From NCBI GenBank assembly GCA_028826165.1, contig JAPDFW010000053.1, positions 186,001 through 250,000 on the forward strand: a DNA stretch of 64,000 bases, read 5' to 3'. The stretch is from Anaeramoeba ignava BMAN (lineage: Eukaryota > Protista > Anaeramoebae). Positions 1 through 11,400 of this stretch are shown piece by piece (position 1 is the stretch's first letter; each line of letters begins with the position of its first letter). The notes beneath the pieces were generated by a model, which did no database searches, was not told the origin of the DNA, and saw only the letters and a program-made list of their open reading frames with translations. The translations under genes and the position numbers were made by a program.

Positions 1-262
1 TATATTTATATTTATATTTATATTTAGATTTTGATTTTTGATTTATATTTATATTTATATTTAGATTTAGATTTTGATTTAGATTTAGATTTAGATTTAG
101 ATTTAGATTTAGATTTAGATTTAGATTTAGATTTAGATTTAGATTTAGATTTAGATTTATATTTATATTTATATTTAGATTTAGATTTAGATTTAGATTT
201 AGATTTAGATTTAGATTTATATTTAGATTTTGATTTAGATTTAGATTTAGATTTAGATTTAC
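1..262. repeat. (TTTAGA/TTTATA)n microsatellite inside the GPCR intron
   Basis: Hexamer repeat visible directly; lies 3' of the GT donor at 262-261 on the minus strand. Confidence 0.9.
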
Positions 263-774
263 AATAAGAAGAGCTCTTTCAGTTGAAAAACACCTTTTAA
301 AAAAAAAAGAAAAAATTTTTAAATAATTAATTAAAAAATTTTTAAAATAATTACTTACCAATAAGTCTTTGAATCATCAGGATCATTAAGAAAAGCAGCA
401 AAAATAACAAAAAAAATAACAGTTATCCACATAAATAAATGAAGAAATTTAGGGATTTTATTTAAAAAATTGACAGGATAAGATTTAACAATTTTCAAAT
501 AAGATAATAAAGAAATAGAAGCAGACCAAAATTGTGAACTTGTCCCGAATCCAGCAATTAATTCAAATTGAATCCTACAAATAACTTTATTTGAATGGCC
601 TGGCAAAAAATAACTTATTGATTGAATAAAATCATAAACTGATAAAATAAACACTAATTTTCTATAGAAAAATCTTGTTTCTTTAAAAAATAAATAGACT
701 AAGATTATTAATAAAGCTCCAGCCATTCCAAAACTTGCTCCAATTATTGTACATACTTCTTCTGAATTAGTCAT
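263..774 (-). CDS. cAMP-receptor-like (Dicty CAR/Crl family) 7TM GPCR, 5' part; gene continues past the window start
   Basis: Exon 1 774-359 (MTNSEEV...RFFYRKLVFILSVYD...C.IQ...SQFWSASI). GT-AG intron 358-294. 31-nt exon 293-263 (WCFSTERALLI), then GTAAAT donor into a (TTTAGA)n intron. Paralog of 1140-3865 with the same exon structure. Confidence 0.8.
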
Positions 775-1139
775 TTGAATTTTTTTTTTAAAAGTGAATT
801 TTTTTTTTTTGATTAAATCTTATTGATTCAAATAGAAAAATAAAAATTTAAATGAAAAATGAAAAATCAAAAATTATCAAAAAAAATTTTTCTCTTTGTA
901 AATAAATAAATAAATAAATAAAGATTATTCAAAGGAATTTATAAAATGAAAATGAAAGAAGATAAAAATGGATCAAAATATTTTTTCCACTTTTTTTTTT
1001 TAAAATCAAAATAGAAAATTGAAAATTGTTTTTATTTTGAAAATCAATTTAGAAAGTAAAATTGAACAAAAAAAAAAAAGAAAACAAAAATAATTATAAA
1101 AGAAAAAATATTGAAAGAATTTTTTTCATCCAAAAAAAA

Positions 1140-3865
1140 TTAATTTGAATCAGAATTTAAATTTAAATCTTGAGAAACTTCAGTGAGATTTTTTCCATCG
1201 CCAATTAAAGATTCATTGATATTATTTTCAGTGAAATTTTGAAAACTTGAAATTTTCTCAAATGATTGATTTTTTTGAGGAATTTTTTTAGTTAATTTTG
1301 TTCTTATTTCTGGATCAAAAATAACAAATATCAAAAAATCCCAAAATCCTTGTGAAATTGAAAGTAATCCTTGAAGAACATCAATAAATGTTATTTCTGA
1401 AGCATTTGGATATGCCAAATTTCTAATTCTCTTTTTTTTTTTTTTTTTTGAATTTAATTTTATATTTTGATTTTGATTTTGATTTTGATTTTGAAATTGA
1501 TTTTGAAATTGAAATTGATTTTGAAATTGAAATTGATTTTGAAATTGATTTTGAAATTGATTTTGATTTTGAAATTGATTTTGATTTTGAAATTGATTTT
1601 GATTTTGAAATTGAAATTGAAATTGAAATTGAAATTGATTTTGAAATTGAAATTGAAATTGAAATTGAAATTGATTTTGATTTTGAAATTGAAATTGATT
1701 TTGAAATTGATTTTGAAATTGATTTTGATTTTGATTTTGAAATTGAAATTGAAATTAAAATTAAAATAAATATCAAAAAAGATATACTCTAAATGATGTT
1801 GGAATAAAAATTATAATATAAATTAAAGGAACAAAACTCATTCTTAATTCAATCCAAAATTTATTAAGTTGACTAATTCTTTTGTTATAATTTCCCTTGA
1901 TATTTTGTTGATAAAACTTTTTTAATCGAATAAATATTAAAATGCAAAATACCAAACAAACCAATAAATAAAACCAATTAAAGGCATAGAGCGGCTAAAA
2001 TAAAATAATTTGGAAAGAAAATGTAAATTTTAATTTAGATTTTGATTTTGATTTTGATTTTGATTTTGATATTGATTTTGAAATTGAAATTGAAATTGAT
2101 TTTGAAATTGAAATTGAAATTGATTTTGAAATTGATTTTGAAATTGATTTTGAAATTGAAATTGAAATTGATTTAGATTTTGAAATTGATTTTGATTTTG
2201 AAATTGAAATTGAAATTGATTTTGATTTTGAAATTGATTTTGAAATTGATTTTGAAATTGATTTTGAAATTGAAATTGATTTTGAAATTGAAATTGAAAT
2301 TGAAATTGATTTTGAAATTGATTTTGATTTTGATTTTAATTTTAAATTTTGATTTTGATTTTGATTTTGATTTTGATTTTGATTTTGAAATTGATTTTGA
2401 TTTTGATTTTGAAATTGAAATTGATTTTGAAATTGATTTTGAAATTGATTTTGAAATTGAAATTGATTTTGAAATTGATTTTGATTTTGAAATTGATTTT
2501 GATTTTGATTTTGATTTTGAAATTGAAATCGATTTTGAAATTGATTTTGATTTTGAAATTGAAATTGAAATTGATTTTGAAATTGAAATAGAAATTGATT
2601 TTGATATTGAAATTGAAATTGAAATTGAAATTGAAATTGAAATTGATTTTGAAATTGATTTTGATTTTGAAATTGATTTTGAAATTGAAATTGATTTTGA
2701 AATTGATTTTGATTTTATATTTTGAAATTGATTTTGAAATTGATTTTGATTTTATATTTTGAAATTGATTTTTAAATTGATTTTTAAATTGATTTTGAAA
2801 TTGAAATTGATTTTGAAATTGATTTTTAAATTGATTTTTAAATTGATTTTGAAATTGAAATTGATTTTGAAATTGATTTTGATTTTGAAATTGATTTTGA
2901 TTTTGATTTTGATTTTGATTTATATTTTGAAATTGATTTTGAAATTGAAATTGATTTTGATATTGAAATTGAAATTGATTTTGAAATTGATTTTGAAATT
3001 GAAATTGATTTTGATTTTGAAATTGATTTTGATATTGAAATTGAAATTGATTTTGATTTTGATTTTGAAATTGAAATTGAAATTGATTTTGAAATTGATT
3101 TTGATTTTATATTTTGAAATTGATTTTTAAATTGATTTTTAAATTGATTTAGATTTTGAAATTGAAATAGATTTTGAAATTGAAATAGATTTTGAAATTG
3201 ATTTTGATTTTGATTTTGAAATTGATTTTGATTTTGATTTTGATTTATATTTTGATTTTGATTTTGATTTTGATTTTGAAATTGATTTTGAAATTGAAAT
3301 TGAAATCGATTTTAATTTTGAAATGGAAAAAGAGTTATAAAAGAAGTGATACAATAAGATATTTTTCTGAAGTAGAAATACACCTAAAAATTTAAAAAAC
3401 AATTCAAATTAAAAAAAATCAATCTAAAAATTAAATTTCAAAAAAAAAATACCAATAAGTGCCTGATTTATTTGGATTAGGCAGAAAGAAAGAGAGAATA
3501 AATAATGGAGTAACAGTAACCCACATAAAAATATGAAAAAAAATGTAAAGTTTATGAAGAAATTTTTCATGAAAAGATTTCACAACTTTCAAATATGACA
3601 AAATTGAGATCGCTGCAGACCAATATTGAGAAGTGGTTGCAAAAAGTGCCACTAATGTAAATTGTGTTCTACATATTCCTGAACCTTTTTGTCCAGGCAA
3701 AACAAAGGTTAATGATTGAAGTAAATCGTATACTGATAAAACGAAAATTAATTTTCGATAAAATATTTTGGTTTCTTTAAAATAAAGATAAATGATTATT
3801 ATGCAAAGTGCTCCTAATATTGCTAAAATTGATCCTATAAGTGTTGCTATTTCTTCAGAACGCAT
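1140..3865 (-). CDS. cAMP-receptor-like 7TM GPCR, complete, 4 exons
   Basis: Exons 3865-3453, 3383-3353 (WCISTSEKYLI), 1994-1788 (PLYAFNWFYLL...FIPTSFR) and 1430-1140 (RIRNLAYP...SQGFWDFLIF). All joins are GT-AG and in frame. The TM7 QG motif is typical of the CAR/Crl family. Confidence 0.8.
1445..3310. repeat. (TTTTGA/AATTGA)n microsatellite filling introns 2 and 3 of GPCR 2
   Basis: Blocks at ~1460-1770 and ~2030-3310; source of many spurious low-complexity ORFs. Confidence 0.9.
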
Positions 3866-3974
3866 TTTTTATTAGTTATTTTTTTTGTTACAAATTGAAA
3901 ATTAAAATTAAAAAAAATGAAAAAAAGGAAAAAAATGGAATAAAAAAATTTTTTTATTAATTTTAAGATTTCAA

Positions 3975-5410
3975 AATTGATTAATTGATTGATTTAAGAT
4001 TGATTGATTGATTTATTAATTTTAATTGATTGATTAATTGATTGATTAATTGATTGATTAATTGATTGATTGATTAATTGATTGATTGATTGATTGACAA
4101 TTGATTTATTGACAATTAATTGATTGATTGACCAATTAATTGGTGAATTTAATTGATTTGGATTAATTATTGATTTAATTAATTGACAATTGATTGATTG
4201 ATTATATTAACAATTATTGATTGATTAATTGAAAATTATTGACAATGAAATTGAAAATTGATTGACAATTGATTGACAATTGACATTGACAATTGGACAA
4301 TTTGATTGTAATTTTGCCATTGTAATTAATAAATTGGTATAATTTGAATGGACAATTGACCAATTGGTAATTTGACATTAATCAATTCAATTTGGTATTT
4401 TAAAATTTTGGAAAATTTCAAATTTTTTTCATTATCATCAATTTATTGACAAATTAATGATTGTAAAATTATCAAATTATTGGTGAATTTATTGGTAATT
4501 GAAATTGATGAAATTGATTAATTGATTAATTAATTAATTGATTGATAATTGATTAATTGATGAATTGAATAAAGCCAATTGATTAATTTTATTAATTACA
4601 TTTGAAATTTTGACAATTTATGACAATTTTGACCAATTGACAATTGAATAAATTAGTATTTTGACAATTATTGGTGATTTAATTGATTGAATTCCAATTA
4701 AATTTCTAATTGACAATTGATTATTTAATTTATATTTTTGGATTATCAATGAAAATTGGACAATCATTAATTTATTTGATTGCCAATTTGGTAAGATTGG
4801 AAATTAATTGAAAAATTGAAATTAATTATGAAATAATAATGGTGATTATTAAATTAAATTATTTGGTAATTTATAATTTTTACAATTTGATTCATTATTT
4901 TGAAAATTGATTTAAAAGCCCATTTTAATTATTGGTTTTTGAATGATTGATTATTGATTTATTATTATTCATTGATTTAATAATAGGTTAAATTTTAAAT
5001 TTTTCAATTTTGGTTTTCTATTTTTGGATTTAAATTGAAATTAAATTGGACAATTGAATTGAAATTGATTTTGGACATGGTTGAATTTAAATTGAAATTA
5101 ATTAAATATTTTTGATTAATGATGAATAATTAAATGATTTGATTAATTAAATATTGGATTTTATTGATTATTTTTATGATTTACCTTCATTAAAAGATTA
5201 TTGATTTAAATTGCCCAACATTATTGATTTTTGAATATAATTGATTATTTGGGAATTGATTATTCATTGATTTATTTGATTGGTTCAATTCCTTTAAATT
5301 TTGATTTGATTTTGTTTTTATTTTTGGATTTTGATTGGAAATTGATTGAAATTGGAATTAATTGATTGATTGATTTTGGAATTAAATTGAAATTGATTAA
5401 ATATTTTTGA
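3975..5410. repeat. (ATTG)n satellite grading into garbled copies of the ARM exon-intron unit
   Basis: ATTG repeats at 3975-4250. Recognisable ARM-unit fragments at ~4910-5030 (aaagccc...taataggtt) and ~5180-5330 (ttaccttcattaaaaga...gcccaaca...gggaa...ggttcaattcc). Confidence 0.6.
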
Positions 5411-5491
5411 TTGGTGATTAAAAAAAATAAAAAAAATAAAAAGAAAAGAAATCAAAATCAAAATGAAAATGAAAATTAAAATTGATTTGAT

Positions 5492-8400
5492 TTAATTGTT
5501 TTGTAATTTTTCTAAAGCCCATTTTCCTTTTTCTTGAATATCTTGATTATTTGGGAAATTATTCATTGATTTAATAATAGGTTCAATTCCTTTTAAATTT
5601 CTAATTTCAATTTTGTTTTCTATTTATTTGAAAATTGAAATTGAAATTGAAATTGAAATTGAAATTAATTATTTTTGGATTTTTGGAAATAAATTGAAAT
5701 TGATTAAATATATTTTTGATTAATAATTAATAATAAATAATTGATTAAAATATTTGGATTTTTGATTATTTTTATTTACCTTCATTAAAAGACAGATTAT
5801 TTAAAGCCCAACATCCTTGTTTTTGAATATCTTGATTATTTGGGAAATTATTCATTGATTTAATAATAGGTTCAATTCCTTTTAAATTTCTAATTTCAAT
5901 TTTGTTTTCTATTTATTTGAAATTGAAATTGAAATTGAAATTGAAATTAATTATTTTGGATTTTTGGAAATAAATTGAAATTAATTAAATATTTTTTTGA
6001 TTAATAATTAATAATAAATAATTGATTAAAATATTTGGATTTTTGATTATTTTTATTTACCTTTATTAACAGCAATATTCGATAAAGCCCAACATCCTTT
6101 TTCTTGAATATCTTTATTATTTGGGAAATTATCCATTGATTTAATAATAGGTTCAATTCCTTTTAAATTTCTAATTTCAATTTTGTTTTCTATTTTTTTG
6201 AAAATAAATTGAAATTAATTTTTTTTTGGATTTTTTTGGAAATAAATTGAAATTAATTAAATATTTTTTTGATTAATAATTAATAATAAATAATTGATTA
6301 AAATATTTTAATTTATAATTTTATTTATTTTTTATTTTTATTTACCTTCATCAATAGCAATATTCAATAAAGCTCCACATCCATATTTTTGAATATCTTG
6401 ATTATTTGGGAAATTATTCATTGATTTAATAATAGGTTCAATTCCTTTTAAATTTCTAATTTCAATTTTGTTTTCTATTTTTTTGGAAATAAATTTGAAA
6501 TTGAAATTGAAATTGAAATTAATTTTTTTTGGAATTTTTTGGAAATAAATTGAAATTAATTAAATATTTTTTTGATTAATAATTAATAATAAATAATTGA
6601 TTAAAATATTTTAATTTATAATTTTATTTATTTTTGATTATTTTTGATTTACCTTTATTAAAAGACAGATTATTTAAAGCCCAACATCCTTTATATTGAA
6701 TATCTTGATTATTTGGGAAATTATTCATTGATTTAATAATAGGTTCAATTCCTTTTAAATTTCTAATTTCAATTTCGTTTTCTATTTTTTTGGAAATAAA
6801 TTGAAATTGAAATTGAAATTGAAATTAATTTTTTTTTGGATTTTTTTGGAAATAAATTGAAATTAATTAAATATTTTTTGATTAAATTAATAATGAATAA
6901 TTGATTAAAATATTTGGATTTTTGATTATTTTTAATTACCTTTATCAACAGCAATATTCGATAAAGCCCAACATCCATATTTTTGAATATCTTGATTATT
7001 TGGGAAATTATTCATTGCTTTAATAATAGGTTCAATTCCTTTTAAATTTCTAATTTCAATTTGGTTTTCTATTTTTTTTGGGAAATAAATTGAAATTGAA
7101 ATTGAAATTGAAATTAATTTTTTTTGGATTTTTTTGGAAATAAATTGAAATTAATTAAATATTTTTTTGATTAATAATTAATAATAAATAATTGATTAAA
7201 ATATTTAGATTTTTGATTATTTTTTATTTACCTTTATTAAAAGACAGATTATTTAAAGCCCAACATCCTTTATATTGAATATCTTGATTATTTGGGAAAT
7301 TATTCATTGATTTAATAATAGGTTCAATTCCTTTTAAATTTCTAATTTCAATTTCGTTTTCTATTTTTTTGAAAATAAATTGAAATTAATTTTTTTTTGG
7401 ATTTTTTTGGAAATAAATTGAAATTAATTAAATATTTTTTGATTAAATTAATAATGAATAATTGATTAAAATATTTGGATTTTTGATTATTTTTAATTAC
7501 CTTTATCAACAGCAATATTCGATAAAGCTCCACATCCATATTTTTGAATATCTTGATTATTTGGGAAATTATTCATTGCTTTAATAATAGGTTCAATTCC
7601 TTTTAAATTTCTAATTTCAATTTGGTTTTCTATTTTTTTTGGGAAATAAATTGAAATTGAAATTGAAATTGAAATTAATTTTTTTTGGATTTTTTTGGAA
7701 ATAAATTGAAATTAATTAAATATTTTTTTGATTAATAATTAATAATAAATAATTGATTAAAATATTTTAATTTATAATTTTATTGATGTTTTATTTTTAT
7801 TTACCATTATCAGCAGCAATATTCAATAAAGCCCAACATCCTTGTTTTTGAATATCTTGATTATTTGGGAAATTATTCATTGATTTAATAATAGGTTCAA
7901 TTCCTTTTAAATTTCTAATTTCAATTTTGTTTTCTATTTATTTGAAAATTGAAATTGAAATTGAAATTGAAATTAATTTTTTTTTGGATTTTTGGAAATA
8001 AATTGAAATTAATTAAATATTTTTTTGATTAATAATTAATAATAAATAATTGATTAAAATATTTTAATTTATAATTTTATTGATGTTTTATTTTTATTTA
8101 CCATTATCAGCAGCAATATTCAATAAAGCCCAACATCCTTGTTTTTGAATATCTTGATTATTTGGGAAATTATTCATTGATTTAATAATAGGTTCAATTC
8201 CTTTTAAATTTCTAATTTCAATTTTGTTTTCTATTTATTTGAAAATTGAAATTGAAATTGAAATTGAAATTAATTTTTTTTTGGATTTTTTTGGAAATAA
8301 ATTGAAATTAATTAAATATTTTTTTGATTAATAATTAATAATAAATAATTGATTAAAATATTTGGATTTTTGATTATTTTTTATTTACCATTATTAAAAG

Positions 8401-11400
8401 CAGCAATATTCTTTAAAGCCCAACATCCTTGTTTTTGAATATCTTGATTATTTGGGAAATTATTCATTGATTTAATAATAGGTTCAATTCCTTTTAAATT
8501 TCTAATTTCAATTTGGTTTTCTATTTTTTTTGGGAAATAAATTGAAATTGAAATTGAAATTGAAATTAATTTTTTTTGGATTTTTTTGGAAATAAATTGA
8601 AATTAATTAAATATTTTTTGATTAATAATTAATAAGAAATAATTAATTAAAATATTTGGATTTTTGATTATTTTTTATTTACCATTATCAACAGCAATAT
8701 TCTTTAAAGCTCTACATCCTTTATATTGAATATCTTGATTATTTGGGAAATTATTCATTGATTTAATAATAGGTTCGATTCCTTTTAAATTTCTAATTTC
8801 AATATTGTTTTCTATTTTTTTGGAAATAAATTGAAATTGAAATTGAAATTGAAATTAATTTTTTTTTGGAATTTTTGGAAATAAATTGAAATTAATTAAA
8901 TATTTTTTGATTAATAATTAATAAGAAATAATTAATTAAAATATTTGGATTTTTGATTATTTTTATTTACCATTATCAACAGCAATATTCTTTAAAGCTC
9001 TACATCCTTTATATTGAATATTTTCATTATTTGGGAAATTATTCATTGCTTTAATAATAGGTTCGATTCCTTTTAAATTTCTAATTTCAATATTGTTTTC
9101 TATTTTTTTGGAAATAAATTGAAATTGAAATAAATTGAAATTGAAATTAATTATTTTTTTGGATTTTTTTGGAAATAAATTGAAATTGATTAAATATTTT
9201 TTTGATTAATAATTAATAATAAATAATTGATTAAAATATTTTAATTTATAATTTTATTTGTTTTTTATTTTTATTTACCATTATCAACAGCAATATTCAA
9301 TAAAGCCCAACATCCATATTTTTGAATATCTTCATTATTTGGGAAGTTATTCATTGATTTAATAATAGGTTCAATTCCTTTTAAATTTCTAATTTCAATT
9401 TTGTTTTCTATTTTTTTGGAAATTGAAATTGAAATTGAAATTAATTTTTTTGGATTTTTGGAAATAAATTGAAATTGATTAAATATTTTTTTGATTAATA
9501 ATTAATAATAAATAATTGATTAAAATATTTTAATTTATAATTTTGTTTTATTTTGATTTAATTACCATTATCAATAGCAATAAACCCTAAAGCTCCACAT
9601 CCTCGATATTGAATATCTTCATTATTTGGGAAATTATTCATTGATTTAATAATAGGTTCAATTCCTTTTAAATTTCTAATTTCAATTCTGTTTTCTATTT
9701 TTTTGGAAATAAATTGAAATTGAAATTAATTTTTTTTTGGATTTTTTTGGAAATAAATTGAAATTAATTAAATATTTTTTGATTAATAATTAATAATAAA
9801 TAATTGATTAAAATATTTGGATTTTTGATTATTTTTTAATTACCTTCATTAAAAGACAGATTATTTAAAGCCCAACATCCTTGTTTTTGAATATCTTCAT
9901 TATTTGGGAAGTTATTCATTGATTTAATAATAGGTTCAATTCCTTTTAAATTTCTAATTTCAATTTGGTTTTCTATTTTTTTGGAAATAAATTGAAATTG
10001 AAATTAATTTTTTTTGGATTTTTTTGGAAATAAATTGAAATTAATTAAATATTTTTTTGATTAATAATTAATAATAAATAATTGATTAAAATATTTGGAT
10101 TTTTGATTATTTTTTAATTACCTTCATTAAAAGACAGATTATTTAAAGCCCAACATCCTTGTTTTTGAATATCTTGATTATTTGGGAAATTATTCATTGA
10201 TTTAATAATAGGTTCAATTCCTTTTAAATTTCTAATTTCAATTCTGTTTTCTATTTTTTTGATATTTTTTTTTTGGAAAATAAATTGAAATTGAAATTGA
10301 AATTGAAATTGAAATTAATTTTTTTTGGATTTTTTTGGAAATAAATTGAAATTAATTAAATATTTTTTGATTAATAATTAATAATAAATAATTGATTAAA
10401 ATATTTGGATTTTTGGTTATTTTTATTTACCATTATCAACAGCAATATTCGATAAAGCTCTACATCCTTGTTTTTGAATATCTTGATTATTTGGGAAATT
10501 ATTCATTGATTTAATAATAGGTTCAATTCCTTTTAAATTTCTAATTTCAATTTTGTTTTCTATTTTTTTGGAAATAAATTGAAATTGAAATTAATTTTTT
10601 TGGATTTTTGGAAATAAATTGAAATTGATTAAATATTTTTTTGATTAATAATTAATAATAAATAATTGATTAAAATATTTTAATTTATAATTTTGTTTTT
10701 TATTTTGATTTAATTACCATTATCAATAGCAATAAACCCTAAAGCTCCACATCCTCGATATTGAATATCTTCATTATTTGGGAAATTATTCATTGATTTA
10801 ATAATAGGTTCAATTCCTTTTAAATTTCTAATTTCAATTCTGTTTTCTATTTTTTTGATATTTTTTATTTTTGGAAAATAAATTGAAATTGAAATTGAAA
10901 TTGAAATTGAAATTAATTTTTTTGGATTTTTGGAAATAAATTGAAATTGATTAAATATTTTTTGATTAATAATAAATAATAAATAATTGATTAAAATATT
11001 TGGATTTTTGATTATTTTTTATTTACCTTTATTAAAAGACAGATTATTTAAAGCCCAACATCCTTGTTTTTGAATATCTTCATTATTTGGGAAATTATTC
11101 ATTGCTTTAATAATAGGTTCAATTCCTTTTAAATTTCTAATTTCAATTTGGTTTTCTATTTTTTTGGAAATTGAAATTGAAATTGAAATTAATTTTTTTG
11201 GATTTTTGGAAATAAATTGAAATTAATTAAATATTTTTTTGATTAATAATTAATAATAAATAATTAATTAAAATATTTGGATTTTTGATTATTTTTATTT
11301 ACCATTATTAAAAGCAGCAATATTCGATAAAGCTCCACATCCTTTTTCTTGAATAACTTGATTATTTGGGAAATTATTCATTGATTTAATAATAGGTTCA

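Noticed and set aside
31-3402. ORFs such as DLDLDL, ILILKL, SKSKSI (also at 21250-22972, 30595-31184, 54398-55043, 63243-63623)
   Set aside because: Translations of stop-free hexamer microsatellites in introns or intergenic DNA.
6769-7539. ORFs MDVGLYRILL / MDVELYRILL
   Set aside because: Wrong-frame read-through of ARM exons into introns.
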